Notes under the pieces: generated by a model | What the model saw: the letters and a program-made list of their open reading frames with translations, nothing else | Told to the model about the DNA's origin: nothing | Database searches by the model: none | Shown here: piece after piece, positions 10,850-23,900 of the stretch | Numbering within the stretch: the first letter of the stretch is position 1 | Layout: each line of letters begins with the position of its first letter | Origin: Nemertoderma westbladi | Lineage: Eukaryota; Animalia; Xenacoelomorpha | Direction: 5' to 3' | Length of the DNA: 52,336 nucleotides | NCBI GenBank assembly: GCA_032718475.1 | Contig: JAUCBJ010006065.1 | Span: forward strand, 1 to 52,336 | Made by a program: the position numbers and the translations under genes

Positions 10850-13234
10850 TTATGTAACATTATATACGTAATTATTAGTCAGAGTCTCCATCGCTTGATG
10901 CTGCGATGCTATGCGAGCGAGAAAAGCGAGCATGGTACAAGCCGTGTATGAAGGTGGAGCGTTCGCAACAAAGGTATTCATATTAGACTCCTGCAAAGTG
11001 TCAGACATGTAACCATTGTTATAATTCATGCCCGAATAAGAACTATAGGCACCGTTCCCTGGGTAACCATTATTGTAATAACAATATTTGATTCCATTAG
11101 AATCAGCGGAAATTTCAGTCTCTTGGCAACCCTGCTGCAGTTGAAAACCTTGGTTAACAGGGTCAGACATTGTAGAAAAATTCTGAACACCGTTCAACAG
11201 TAATTGGTTGTTGGTATCGTAGGTGTACTGCGATGTAACGTATGTATCACTAAACACTACTGGGTTACACGATGGATTTTCATAAACATAAGGAGACGAA
11301 GACTTGTTTTCTAGAACATCATTGACGTCGGACATAAGTGAGGCTTCTGAATCAGGGACTTCTACAACGCCTGGGTCGGAGCCGACTGCCACTGGGACTA
11401 TAACGGAGTCAAATGAGTCCCACGAGTTGAGCGGGGTCTGCAAGGCTCCCGGGGGTATGGCAACCGGGTGTGGTTGTTCTGTAGGTACAGAATCCGGAGT
11501 TGGTATGTTAATAGTCAGAGGAACGAAGTATGGAGCACACTCTACAGTATTCCCATCAATGTGGGCATATTCAATTGTGTTATTAGCTGAGGATGGGATG
11601 AATGCAGCGATGTTAAGATTGCTGTTGCCTATATTAGGGTTAACTATATCAATGTTTGCTGAACTATTGTTTGGTGCAAAATTGTTTTTTGTACTAGTGT
11701 TAGCTTGGTAAGAGGTGGAGAGATTCGTGTTGCCTTCGCAGGGCCCTGGTGTAAACATAAAATCGTAACTGCCAACGGTCTCGTGTCGTGCTATGTTTGT
11801 TGGAGCTGGGCTTTGTGCAACTGCTATTTGAGTATCACCAAAACTGACTGTCCGACTGTGACAGTCCACGGAATCATCACTAGCCGCGAATTCCCCAGAC
11901 CTGCCGTACTGAGAACCAATGACCGAAGCTCCATCTTCACTTAATACGATAGAAATTGAGGACTTTTCCGCATCTGGAGAAACTACAACCGTGGCAGAAG
12001 TTGCGGTTGAGTGTGAGTAACAAGTCGTATTTGTGCCAACATTGGACGTTTTTGGGGCCTCCAACAACTTACAGCGCTCGTCGCTTCGTTGCGATTCCCT
12101 TGTCGCATTTACCTTCCCCTTGACTTTCTTCTTCGACCATCCTCGAGCTCCATCTGGAGCAGAATGTTTGGTAAGGAGCGGCTTAAAGTGCTCGACGTTT
12201 CGGACACGGTGACTGACAATGTCCATCTCCAGGACATCGGGGTGCTTCCGACGCGTTCTAGCTCGTCTGTTCTGAAACCAAACCTGGATCCTCTTCTCAT
12301 CGATTCCAACTACCGCCGCCAACTCTTTCCGGCGCTGGAGATCTGGGTACCGAATCTCCATGTAATTGTGCTCGAGCAGGGCTATCTGCATCGGGTCAAA
12401 CACCTTTTTCTCGCGCTTTTTCTGCACCGGAATGTCAATGAAATCATATGAGATGCGAGTCGCTTCGACTGCACACTCAATGCTTGCAGGCACTGTTTCT
12501 CCATGTGCCAGTATGGGAACATTCTTTGGGAATAATTTTCGTTTTATATCACGTTGCGGTAATTTTTCGAGGTTCGTTAATTCGGTGGCGCCCATTTGTT
12601 CAGGTCCTAGACAAATGCTTTGTTTGCGTTTACGTGATAAATTCCATCCACTTATGTTGTTTCCACAATCTCCAGCACTGTGATTTACTATGGCGTGGTT
12701 TGAGCCCATAAATCGCACATTTTTGGCGGGGGCACCATGTTGTTGGTATATAAGTAATGGACATTTTTGTAAGTTATCTTCAACTGCTGTAACTATTGGT
12801 TCTGAGGACACTCCATCGCTGTTCGAAAATTGAACATTTGAAAGATCCCCAGTGAAATTGACAATCCTTTGAATTTTTGATGGTGGCATGTAATTCTCAT
12901 CACAGAGCGACCTTCTTGCCATACCATAAGAAATGTTGTGGGTTCTCCTGTTATATGCAAATTGAGGAGAGTAATGTTTACTGACTGGTGTTTCTATCAC
13001 GTTGTTCATAGTGAATAATGAATTAAACATATCATTTTGCGGTGGAAAATCTGGTTGAATTTGTCGTGTTGGTGTCGCACGATGTTGGTTGGTTGGAGTG
13101 CTTAATGCAGCCGTCGCCATTGTCTCGTTGAACCTACCAGTCGGCGTCTGGGAAATGTGGCCGTCCGACATTTCTATCGGTGTCACAAAGCCTGGCGACA
13201 ATGATTGATACTGGTTTATCGGACTTAAATACAT
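10850..13234 (-). CDS. Divergent PRD-class (Q50 paired-like) homeodomain transcription factor, 794 aa in one ORF
   Basis: Homeodomain at ~12424-12245: KKREKKVFDPMQIALLEHNYMEIRYPDLQRRKELAAVVGIDEKRIQVWFQNRRARTRR. Long S/T/P/N-rich flanks and an uninterrupted 2385-nt ORF. Orthology not assignable by eye. Confidence 0.92.
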   Translation of the reverse strand: MYLSPINQYQSLSPGFVTPIEMSDGHISQTPTGRFNETMATAALSTPTNQHRATPTRQIQPDFPPQNDMFNSLFTMNNVIETPVSKHYSPQFAYNRRTHNISYGMARRSLCDENYMPPSKIQRIVNFTGDLSNVQFSNSDGVSSEPIVTAVEDNLQKCPLLIYQQHGAPAKNVRFMGSNHAIVNHSAGDCGNNISGWNLSRKRKQSICLGPEQMGATELTNLEKLPQRDIKRKLFPKNVPILAHGETVPASIECAVEATRISYDFIDIPVQKKREKKVFDPMQIALLEHNYMEIRYPDLQRRKELAAVVGIDEKRIQVWFQNRRARTRRKHPDVLEMDIVSHRVRNVEHFKPLLTKHSAPDGARGWSKKKVKGKVNATRESQRSDERCKLLEAPKTSNVGTNTTCYSHSTATSATVVVSPDAEKSSISIVLSEDGASVIGSQYGRSGEFAASDDSVDCHSRTVSFGDTQIAVAQSPAPTNIARHETVGSYDFMFTPGPCEGNTNLSTSYQANTSTKNNFAPNNSSANIDIVNPNIGNSNLNIAAFIPSSANNTIEYAHIDGNTVECAPYFVPLTINIPTPDSVPTEQPHPVAIPPGALQTPLNSWDSFDSVIVPVAVGSDPGVVEVPDSEASLMSDVNDVLENKSSSPYVYENPSCNPVVFSDTYVTSQYTYDTNNQLLLNGVQNFSTMSDPVNQGFQLQQGCQETEISADSNGIKYCYYNNGYPGNGAYSSYSGMNYNNGYMSDTLQESNMNTFVANAPPSYTACTMLAFLARIASQHQAMETLTNNYVYNVT

Positions 13235-13614
13235 GTCTAAATCTGCATAAACTGCATTGCTCCTATAATGAATGTATAATTCAAATTATGTAGCATATTA
13301 TTATATTTATCTTCAGTCTCATATTAAGATGTTTATTGTTTATCCCATTAACCCAATACAACAATAAATATATAAAAAATCACAAATATACATGTAATAT
13401 AGCTCTAGAGTAATATTGAGTAAATGCTTATGTAGCTAATATTGTAAATCCGTAATGAATTTGAGTAACGTTATTTATTAACTTGTATCTACTAACTAAA
13501 CTTATTTGATATTGCATTGTAAGAATTAACTCATGAATCAATGTGTAAGAAAATAATTTAGTGTTGGTTGAATATCACGATTCCTCTCGCCAGTCGGCTG
13601 CCATATAGATCAAG

Positions 13615-13787
13615 AAATTATAACTTTCGTTGGGCGCAGCTTTGCAAAGATATGCCCTTAGGGCACAGCATTGTAGCTAGCGTAATGGTTAGAGCGTCAG
13701 ACTTCCAACCCGGAGGTCACCTGTTCGATCCCACCTGGACGTCATTACCGACTTTGCAAAGCTGTGCCCAACGAGAGTTACCAATAC
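13615..13787 (+). mobile_element. Internally deleted copy of the tRNA-arm palindromic element with a 9-bp TSD
   Basis: Outer inverted repeat taactttcgttgggcgcagctttgcaaag / ctttgcaaagctgtgcccaacgagagtta; one tRNA-like arm; tagatcaag at 13606-13614 and 13788-13796. Confidence 0.7.
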
Positions 13788-14053
13788 TAGATCAAGGTTG
13801 AGATCATATATCAAGATCATGGTTATAGATCATCGTTCCATAGGGCAGTGGTGCCACAGGACGGAACAAACTTCGGCCGTGTCAAATCTTCACCCAATAA
13901 ATAATTACAACTAAATTAAATTATTATGTAGCTGATTATAAAACTGTAATATGTTCTATAACTCATGCCTCTGAAGTGAGTTTTCTAGTTCTATAACTCA
14001 TGCCCAAGAATTACATGCCACTGTAACCTGTTCCTTTCCTTTAATTGATAATT

Positions 14054-14674
14054 GACAACATGATTAACTTGACAACCATTGATAATAATCAACTAAGGAA
14101 GGTCGATGACTTCCAGTACCTTGGATCATGGATAGAGAGTAGCAAAAAGGACATCGAAGTTAGGAAAGCAAAGGCTTGGGTAGCTCTATCAAAAATGGAT
14201 ACCATCTGGAAATCAGATCTCTCCAGGCTCCTGAAGACTAAGTTCTTTCGAGCCACAGTGGAAAGTGTATTTTTATACGGGGGTGAGACCTGGACACTGA
14301 CTAAATCACTTGAACAACGAATTGATGGTTGCTACACAAGACTACTAAGGGCAGCCCTAAACATCAGCTGGAGACAACACATGACAAACGCCGAGCTTTA
14401 TGGTACAATACCACCTGTATCAACCACCCTCCGTGAACGCAGATTAAGATTCAGTGTGCACTGCTGGCGAAGTAAAGACGAGGTCATACCAGATCTACTT
14501 CTCTGGCAACACACTCATGGAAAGCGTAGTCGTGGACGACCAGCCATAACATATATAGATCAACTTGAAAGGGATACTGAACTTGGGAGAAACGAAATTG
14601 CAACAAATATGGAGAATCGGGAAGCCTGGAAGGATCTTATTTCCACTGTCCGAGTTCGCTCGACCTAGTAGTAG
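14054..14674 (+). mobile_element. 5'-truncated RTE-clade LINE (end of RT plus C-terminal region) with (TAG)n tail and 12-bp TSD
   Basis: VDDFQYLGSWI, FRATVESVFLYGGETWTLT, RSRGRP motifs; tail tagtagtag; taattgataatt at 14042-14053 and 14675-14686. Confidence 0.92.
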
Positions 14675-16297
14675 TAATTGATAATTAGCGAGCAAATATT
14701 TGATGTGGGCAAAAGTTTCTCTTGGGTGAGGATTGCACCCAACCTCACACTGAACAACTGAACACGGTGACACTGGCTGTCAATTACCTGCTCGGTGGTT
14801 CCTGGTTGCTTACAATTTTCAGACCTATTCTCGGTCTTCACAGCATTTACAGATGGACCAGTATTGGATTGGATCGACAAAGTCGAGGTCTGTTAAATGT
14901 ATTCGAGTTTTCCTGCTGCGTCTTCAACCCATCAATATTATGTTGGTTAAGCGGTATTTGCAACTAGGCCTAAAAGACAACCATAAAAATGAAAAAAAAA
15001 ACATAAAGGATCAATCGTGTCTCCTTGAAGGACACCCATGACACTCCAAAGGGGTGTGCAACTCCAACCTTCATACAATGATTTGAATGTATTTTGATTT
15101 GATCAATTACAATATCGTGAATCACATGGGCCTCAAAAATGTTAAAGTAAACAAAAACAAAGGGGCAATTTCTCGTAGACAATCATTCAACGATCCGCCG
15201 AAGTCACAGAATGGGCTCCAGGGTAATTCTACATATTCAGGACCCATTTGGGAGCCTTTCAATAGGTTCCCATATGCGGCTTAGACAAAATGACCTACCG
15301 GTATATGGAAGTGAAATTCAAATTTTGGAATATCAAAATGCATGACATCTAAGAATCACTATCAACTCAATTATCACGGAAACGAGTTTACGGTATTTTA
15401 TTTATTTGTATGGAATTAATTACGCACTATCAAATCGCCACGGCGACATATTCTCTAACTTTACATAGCAGTGCGATATTATTTTTCAGTATGTCCCTAC
15501 GCCATACATTTTACTATGTATTTCCAGTACATCCACTATGTCACCGCGTCATCATTATTAGATTGTTCTAGAAAGTTTAAGTGCATAATTAATTACTAAT
15601 AATTCCCCACATATAAATAAAATTAGATTCTTCATTGTTCATAATTAGCACTTTAGAGCTTTTACGGCCCTTGTTCTATTATAAATATATAAATCATAAA
15701 AATTATAAATTATAAAATTATAAATATAAATCACTCGTACCGTAACGCTATAAAGTGGTATTTTATGAACAATGACGTATATAGATATTACGGTTTCAGG
15801 AGTACTAAGATGCGCCCCTAATATTAGAACATTTTCACTGTCATCACAAGGATAAATTATCAATAAATGTACAAAAATCACGTTTTTTTACTTCCTCTGG
15901 GTGTATGAATTTGAATTTGATAATAGATCTTCAAAACAAGTGTTAAGTAGTTAAATACTACTGTAGCTATTCCTAAATACTACTATTCCCTTAAAGTTAT
16001 TTTGAACAACCAAATTTCCATACGCATATACGGTTTTTCATCAGAAATCGTTCTGCAGTAAATACAATTATGAGAAAAGAAAAAACAAATTACAATTGGT
16101 TCTGGTTGCTACATAACCAAACCAAAATGTAAAATGCAACTTTACACACACCACATATATCAGGTATGAAACAAGTTTCAGTTTTCTACTTTTGAGAATG
16201 AGCCACAAAACTTATCAACTTGATATCTGGCCCTAACTAATGAGGTTATTCTAACTACCGATACACAGTTATCGAGTAAGGCAACGATTTTGAACAA

Positions 16298-17382
16298 AGC
16301 TTCGTCGAAGATCGCGAAATTTCGCAAACGTCGCGATTTTTGGGAAGATTGCGAAAAATAATTTGCGATATTTTTTGTTTACCAATACTATAGGTGGAGC
16401 TTCGCAAAAGTCGTGATCTTCGCGATATTTTGTGTTTACCAATACTATCGGTGGAGCTTCAGAAACGTCGCGATCTTTGCGAATATTCTAGAACATTTTT
16501 TAAAATGTAAGAAAATCGTTAACTTACAAATATTTTTTAAAATAAAATTTTAAAAATATATTAGTTCAGGAGAAAAAAGTATTTTCAAATAAATCGCTAA
16601 CATGTTCTAGAATATTTTCAAAAGGGTATCAAAAACTATACAAAAACAATTAAAATTTTTTTCTTTACAAATTACAAATTTTAAAAATTACAAATTTTAT
16701 AAATAAAATTTACTTCATTTTATTTGCCACGACCTAATTTTAATTTTATTTTTTTCATGAATAAATAAATAAAGGCCAGCTCGTCTCGTCTGCGCATCCG
16801 CGCGAGTAATAATAATGATAATAATGTAATGTTCTGTAACTAAATTTATTAGTTCTAGAACAAAATTTATTTGTAAATATAAAAGCTAACATATTTACAC
16901 TCACAAAATAGCTAGCTTCTAATTTTTATGATACAACTACTACCACATAATTATCCATTGACCATTAGGGCAACGAATATGAACATTTCTTCGGCCATTT
17001 TTTCGAAAATTTATTAATATTTATATTACTATTAGAGGTATAATAGAGCTACGCAAAATTGTAAAATATCTGGAAGGCCTAGCCTACACGAATTACATGG
17101 ACTTCTAGAATATTATTTTATAACATCTGTACTATATACATTATATACATTATATAAATATATATATTATTCTGTGAACAATACCAATACTGTCATACTA
17201 ATATATACTATATAGAACATGTTAGCTATTTTATTTAAAAATATTTTTTCTCTAGAACATACATGATTTGTTCTAGAACATTCGCGAAGATCGCGACGTT
17301 TGCGAAGCTCCACCAATAGTATTGGTAAACACAAAGTTTAATTTCGCAAACGTCGGGATCTTCGCGAAATTTTGTGTTTACG
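16298..17382. mobile_element. Degenerate foldback element with CpG-rich ~58-bp subrepeats
   Basis: ttgtgtttaccaatactatcggtggagcttc...gtcgcgatctttgcgaatattctagaaca (~16430-16496) is inverted relative to ~17269-17335. Confidence 0.6.
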
Positions 17383-17393
17383 AATGGTTTAGA

Positions 17394-17641
17394 ATACCAG
17401 ACTTTCTGCCGTTATATTTCACTTTGCAGTTACCCCCATGTTAAGGATACCAGGTTGTCACGGCTGAATTTAACCAAAACAATAAACTAATTAGTATATG
17501 TACTGTACAGGTTATAAGACAAAAATAAGCGCTATAAAACACTTAATAAAGATAAATTAAAAAAAATTAAAAATCTTCATATATAAAATTCCAATAAAAA
17601 TTCGACCGAATAGTGAAATCCTGGTATTCATCACATGGGCG
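17394..17641 (+). mobile_element. Dispersed MITE copy (same family as 42685-43008)
   Basis: Colinear high identity with 42697-42964 (ataccag...tttctgccgttatatttcactttgcagttacc ... gaaatcctggtattc..cacatgggcg). Confidence 0.75.
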
Positions 17642-17878
17642 CTATACTACATAGGTGAACAAAAATCTTAGAAAAAATCGCGACGTTTGCCGCCGAAGAA
17701 ATTTCTGCTTTTTGTGTGTTTCTGTTTGATCCGTAAAGTTAGGTATTAAAAACAGACAGGCGCCAGTAGGCCTTAAAAGTTCAATAAAACATTGGTACAA
17801 TAATGGTGCACACACCGTCAGAACGTCTGTCTCCTTGCCATTCGTCCATCATACAGTCATACGGTACTATACATGTTA

Positions 17879-18000
17879 TTATAATAAAACTTTCGTTGGG
17901 CGCAACTTAGCAAATTCGGCAATGAATGCTAAGCTATGCTGTGCCCAACTAAAGTTATAATATATGAAACCACTGGTTCACCCAAATACCAATAATAAAT
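17879..18000 (+). mobile_element. Collapsed copy of the tRNA-arm palindromic element (outer arms plus tail only)
   Basis: aactttcgttgggcgca...tgtgcccaactaaagtt followed by the tail atatgaaaccactggttcacccaaataccaataa. Confidence 0.6.
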
Positions 18001-18553
18001 TGTTATAATATTGTAGGCCTACAGTTGACAGTCGATGCCCCCATTGTGATAATGAAGCGACTTATATACCATCGCCAGACACCAAATGTCCGAATGTACA
18101 CAAAACCACTACACCATTGGGCTGGCTTCAATATAAGCGATTTTATAGTCAAATTTATAAATAGCATTCATGTTGACACATTATTATTATAGCTCTTTCT
18201 TAAAATATTTTAGCAAATTATTTTATAACCAACTAACTGACTAATGGCGTATTAGGTGTTAATTAGGTGATAATTAGGTATTAATAATATAATATAATGT
18301 ACGAGTGAGTATGTAATAACTAATAGCGCTAAATCAAAATCGGTAGGGCCTACAGGCCTAAGCTATAAGTTGACCTGGCCTGGGGCTTTAGCCCCAAGCC
18401 CTTGTAGGAGTACCTAGCCGCAGCCGTACTCGTCGCTCGTAGAATTAAGTATATACGCCCTTATTTAAAGTATATAAACAAAAACGGCAATATAAAAAAA
18501 ACCGACAACAGAGAACAAATCCTGGCGCATTAGGCCCTTTACTTTATTTGCCA

Positions 18554-18610
18554 TACCGGTACTTAATTACCGGTACGTAATTACCGGTACTTAATTACCG
18601 GTACTTAATT
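18554..18610. repeat. 14-bp tandem repeat (taccggtacttaat) x4
   Basis: taccggta at 18554, 18568, 18582 and 18596. Confidence 0.9.
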
Positions 18611-19240
18611 TCGAAGCTTACCAGTAAATATCTGTTTTTAAACAGTAGACAATAATACTGTCAATTGTTAGCAGTAAAATGCAATACAATAAAAGTTATG
18701 AAGGGCCTACATACATGCTGACATGTGTATAATACAGTATGCAGTAATGTCTGTGTCTAATATCGGTTCCAGATTCAGATTAAAACAGCTGTAATTTGGC
18801 GGCTGCATGGTACAGTATATATCACACAGTTCCCAGACTATAATGTTAGATGCATTGGCTCCATTAAGGCATACTTGGCTCCATTAATTAGCGAGCGGAC
18901 CAATCACAAACGGTCAGTCAGCAGTACAGCTGGAGTATCCTACATTCTCACCTTCCCCTGACACAACAGAGTAAAAAAACTATTCTCTTTACAAATATTG
19001 AAGTTTTAACCATACCGCTGCGGCTGTCTGGCCTTCTCTTTGAACCATCCTGCTATATACCGATATACAACCTGGCACCTGTAACCTGGCAGTAAGCCAG
19101 TTATTGGAAGCCCAATACTCCCATGTTTGTACATTTCACCTTCTTCCCTTTAATCACAGTCACAATAAGGTCCGGCCCGGCCTGGGCCATGAGCTTTCAA
19201 CATTCAATTAAAAATATAGAACACAATACACTGTAGTCTA

Positions 19241-19655
19241 CGGTGGCCCACAGCGGCCATACGTAAACACTTTAATAGCATGACTTCTATTAAAGTATTT
19301 ACGCGGATTTCTGCAACAATCGTGTAAATAAATTAATGGCAGCCATCTGATATTCCATTACATTTAATTGGTCGCAACTGTGTACAATAGGGAAAGGGAG
19401 AGACATTTAAACAGAACGCCTTTCTTTGAGGTTATTTTTCTTAGAGCAACATATAGTAAATTGTGCCGCCACCAATTACTTAATTATTTTATTTATATAC
19501 AGTAGGTCTCAATAACAAGGTTTACTTCTAAGCTGCCCAAATGCTTTACAGTCGATTAATTTATTTAAACTATTGTTGCAGAAATCCGCGTAAATACTTA
19601 AATGGAACAGTCTCCTATTAATTTATTTACGCGGTTGAAGTACAAACGTAAATAC
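19241..19655. mobile_element. Degenerate TA-flanked foldback MITE related to 36537-37367
   Basis: TA|cggtggcccacagcggcca start; inverted segments aagtatttacgcggatttctgcaacaat and attgttgcagaaatccgcgtaaatactt. Confidence 0.55.
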
Positions 19656-20630
19656 TGGAACAACAGTCCGTACAATACTAGGAGTAGGCTATCAAACACA
19701 AAGTTGATTTTAATAATAATAAATAATTGAGTGAAGAACAAGTTTGAACATGCCATTGACATAACTAATTAAAATAAAATTATGTTTGAACGTTCATAAA
19801 CGTTCAAAGAAACGTACATATTTAGGTACAAAAAAATGAACGCAAAACTGAATGTAATATGAACGTTAAATATTCGTTTGTTTTGGTTCATATTCAATTT
19901 CGTTCAGTTAGGACGTTAAATTACCTAATGTGATCGTCCCAATTTGGTATATTACTAACAACGTCAACAATTTTTACCTAAATGGTATTTCATAGATGTT
20001 CAGACTCGCAGGAAAAGTGTATGTTTGTTCCCGGACTTTATGTTCCAATTTTTCTTTCCTTGGCTATTAAACGGACATTATGTTCCCATCAAAACGGACG
20101 TTGTGTTCCCAAAATTGATTTAGGTAAATGCGCATTTAAATGGTCATCACAAATCCACAAATTTTTGTTACTAAACATATTTTGACAAGTGTATAATAGC
20201 AAGGAACGTGCAAAACGTTGGAAATGTATTATGAATTTACATGAAATGTGGCAATATCTAGCATTGACAACCAATTAGAGGTACCAAGTACAGTTACAAC
20301 TAATTAATGTATTAATTAATAAATTAAAAACAATAAATTAATAAATAACCAACTAATTGAATATTTTGCAATCAGATACCGGGTGGTTTTTGACGCAATC
20401 AAAATACCAAATAACATCTGATTTATTCTCAAAAATGAAACTGTATCCTGTTTATTGACTTTAGTATATTGTTTTGGTTAAAATAACGTAATATTGATTG
20501 TAACATGCTCCTTTCCTTTACCCTTAACTGATAATTTAACATTGACATTATTAATTCGCCGAAATGGGATTTGCGTCAAGTTCTTCCCCCTCAGTCTTGG
20601 CGCAACGGCAACGGTTTTATTGTCTGAAAG

Positions 20631-20811
20631 GGGTGTTAACGCTACGCCGACAACCGACAGCCGACAACCATTATTAAAGCTAATTAATGTTAATTATTAA
20701 TTGAGGGAAAGGAAAAGGTTACAGTGTAAGGTTATTCGAACCAAAACAATAAACGAGAGTCACGAACTCAAGTTACTCATTTTTGCTGTTGTCGGCGTAG
20801 CGTTAAAACCC
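20631..20811. mobile_element. Mutator-like MITE, 181 bp
   Basis: TIR gggtgttaacgctacgccgacaac / gttgtcggcgtagcgttaaaaccc; perfect 9-bp TSD gtctgaaag at 20622-20630 and 20812-20820. Confidence 0.85.
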
Positions 20812-20970
20812 GTCTGAAAGTTTATGTTTAAATGTGTGAACCGGGCCGAAACGAGGGTTACAAGAGTACAGGTTACTGTTTCATTTTTGTTCATAACGGT
20901 TGTCGGCTTTTGTTGTGTCGGATGTTGGCGTACCGTAATGTTAAGTTTTTATTTATTTCTTAAATGTGTA

Positions 20971-23900
20971 CTGTCACGTTCACGTATAGTAAGTTCCCTT
21001 ACAGGACGTTCACGTACAGTACGTTCCCGTACAGTAAGTTCCCAGACAGTATGTTCATGTACAGTAAGTTCCCGTACAGTAAGTTCCCGTATAGTACGTT
21101 CACATATAGAATGTTCCCGTAAAATACGTTACCGTACAGTAAGTTCCCGTACACTACGCTCCCGGAAGTAAGTTCCCAGACACTATGTTCCCGTACAGTA
21201 AGTTTCCGTACTGTAAGTTCCAGTACAGTGCGTTCCCGTACAGTATGTCCCCGTATAGTATGTTCCCGTACAGCAGTTCCCATACAGTAATGTCCCGTGT
21301 AGTAAGTTCTCAGACACTAGGATCCCGAATAGTAAGTTCCCATAGAGTAAGTTCCCGTACAGTATTTTCCCGTACAGTAAGTTCCCGTACAGTATGCTCC
21401 CGGACAGAAAGTTCCAAGACAGTATGTTCCCGTACAGTAAGTTGCCGTACAGTATGTTCCAGTACACTAAGTTCCCGTGCAGTACGTTCCCGGACAGTAA
21501 GTTTCCGTCGATACGTTCCCAGACAGTATGTTCCCGTACAGTAAGTTCTCGTACAGTGTGTTCCCGAGCAGTGAGTTCCGAGACAGTATGTTCCCGTACT
21601 GTACGTTCCCGTACAGTATGTTCCCGTACAGTAAGTTCCCGTGCAGTACGTTCCCGTACAGTAAGTTCCCGTCAATAAGTTCCCATACAGTATGTTCCCG
21701 TACACTATGTTCTCGTACAGTAAGTTCCCGTACACTACGTTCCCGTACAGTACGTTCCCGTACAGTAAGTTCCCGTTGAGTAAGTTCCCGTACAGTAAGT
21801 TCCCGTCTGTAAGTTCCCAAACACTATGTTCGCGTACAGTAAGTTCCCGTCTTTAAGGTTCCAAACACCACGTTCGCGTACAGTAAGTTCCCAGACAGTA
21901 TGTTCCCGCACAGTAAGTTCCCGATGGTAAGTTCGAGTATAGTACGTTCTCGTACAGAATGTTCCCGTAAAGTAAGTTACCGTACAGTACGTTCCCCTAC
22001 AGTACGTTCCCCTACAGTATGTTCCCGTACAGTACGTTCCCTTACAGTAAGTTCCCATTCAGGAAGATCCCGTACAGTAAGTTCCCGGGCAGTGAGTTCT
22101 CGTATAGTAAGTTCCTGGACAGTAAGTACACAGACACTATGTTCCCGTACAGTAAGTTCCCGTACAGTACGTTCCCGTGCAGTAAGTTCCCGGACATTGA
22201 GTGCTCGTATAGTAAGTTCCTGGACAGTAAGTACACAGACACTATGTTCCAGTACAGTAAGTTCCCGTACAGTAAGTTCCCGTACAGTAAGTATCCGTAC
22301 AGTACGTTTGCGGACAGTACGTTCCCGAACAGTAAGTTCCCGTAGAGTAAGTTCCCATACAGTACGTTCCCGTACAGTAAGTTCACGTGCAGTAAGTTCC
22401 CGTACAGTTCGTTCCCGTGCAGTACGTTCCCGTACAGTAAGTTCCCGTCAATAAGTTCCCATACAGTATGTTCCCGTACACTATGTTCCCATACAGTAAG
22501 TTCCCGTACACTTCGTTCCCGGACAGTACGTTCCCGTACAGTAAGTTCCCGTTGAGTAAGTTCCCGTACAGTAAGTTCCCGTCTGAAAGTTCCCAAACAC
22601 TATGTTCGCGTACAGTAAGTTCCCGTCTGTAAGGTCCCGAACACTATGTTCGCGTACAGTAAGTTTCCGTACAATAAGTTCCCAGACAGTATGTTCCCGC
22701 ACAGTAAGTTCGAGTATAGTACGTTCTCGTACAGTATGTTCCCGTAAAGTAAGTTACCGTACAGTACGTTCCCCTACAGTACGTTCCCGTACAGTACGTT
22801 TCCTTACAGTAAGTTCCCGTTCAGGAAGATCCCGTACAGTAAGTTCCCGGGCAGTGAGTTCTCGTATAGTAAGTTCCTGGACAGTAAGTACACAGACACT
22901 ATGTTCCCGTACAGTAAGTTCCCGGACAGTACGTTCCCGTGCAGTAAGTTCCCGGACAGTGAGTTCCCGTACAGTAAGTTCCCGGACAGTAAGTTCACAG
23001 ACACTATGTTCCTGTACAGTAAGTTCCCGTACAGTACATTCCCGGACAGTTAGTTCCCGTACAATAATTTCCTAGGCAGTAAATTCACGTACAGTAAGTT
23101 CCCGTACAGTAAATTCCCAGACAGTATTTTCCAGTACAGTAAGTTCCCGTACAGTATGTTCCCGTACAGTAAGTATCCGTACAGTACGTTTGCGGACAGT
23201 ACGTTCCCGGACAGTAAGTTCCCGTAGAGTAAGTTCCCGTGCAGTACGTTCCCGTACAGTAAGTTCACGTGCAGTAAGTTCCCGTCCAGTACGTTCCCGT
23301 ACAGTAAGTTCCCGTGCAGTACGTTCCCGTACAGTAAGTTCCCAGACTATGTTCTCGTACAGAAAGTTCCCGTACAGTAAGTTCCCGTACAGTAAGTATC
23401 CGTACACTACGTTTGCAGACAGTACGTTCCCGTACAGTAAGTTCCCGTACAGTCAGTTCCCGTACAGTACATTCCCGGACAGTAAGTTCCCGTACAATAA
23501 GTTCCCAGACAGTAAGTTCACGTACATTAAATTCCCAAACACTATGTTCCCGTACAGTATGTTCCCTTACAGTACGTTCCCGTACAGTATGTTCCCGTAC
23601 AGTAAGTTCCAGTGCAGTACGTTCCCGGGCAGTAAGTTCCCGTCAATAAGTTCCCAGACAGTAAGTTCCCGTACAATAAGTTCCCGTACAATAAGTTCCC
23701 AGACAGTAAGTTCACGTACAGTAAGTTCCCAAATACTATGTTCCCGTACAGTATGTTCCCTTACAGTACGTTCCCGTACAGTATGTTCCCGTGCAGTAAG
23801 TTCCAATGCAGTACGTTCCCGGACAGTAAGTTCCCGTCAATAAGTTCCCAGACAGTAAGTTCCCGTAGAATAAGTTCCCAGACAGTAAGTTCACGTACAG

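Noticed and set aside
11304-12711. Plus-strand ORFs overlapping the homeobox gene
   Set aside because: Antisense shadows of the long coding ORF.
10850-13234. Assigning a gene symbol (DUX, Mix, Sebox, Arx) to the homeobox gene
   Set aside because: Similarity is confined to generic PRD residues; orthology needs a phylogeny.
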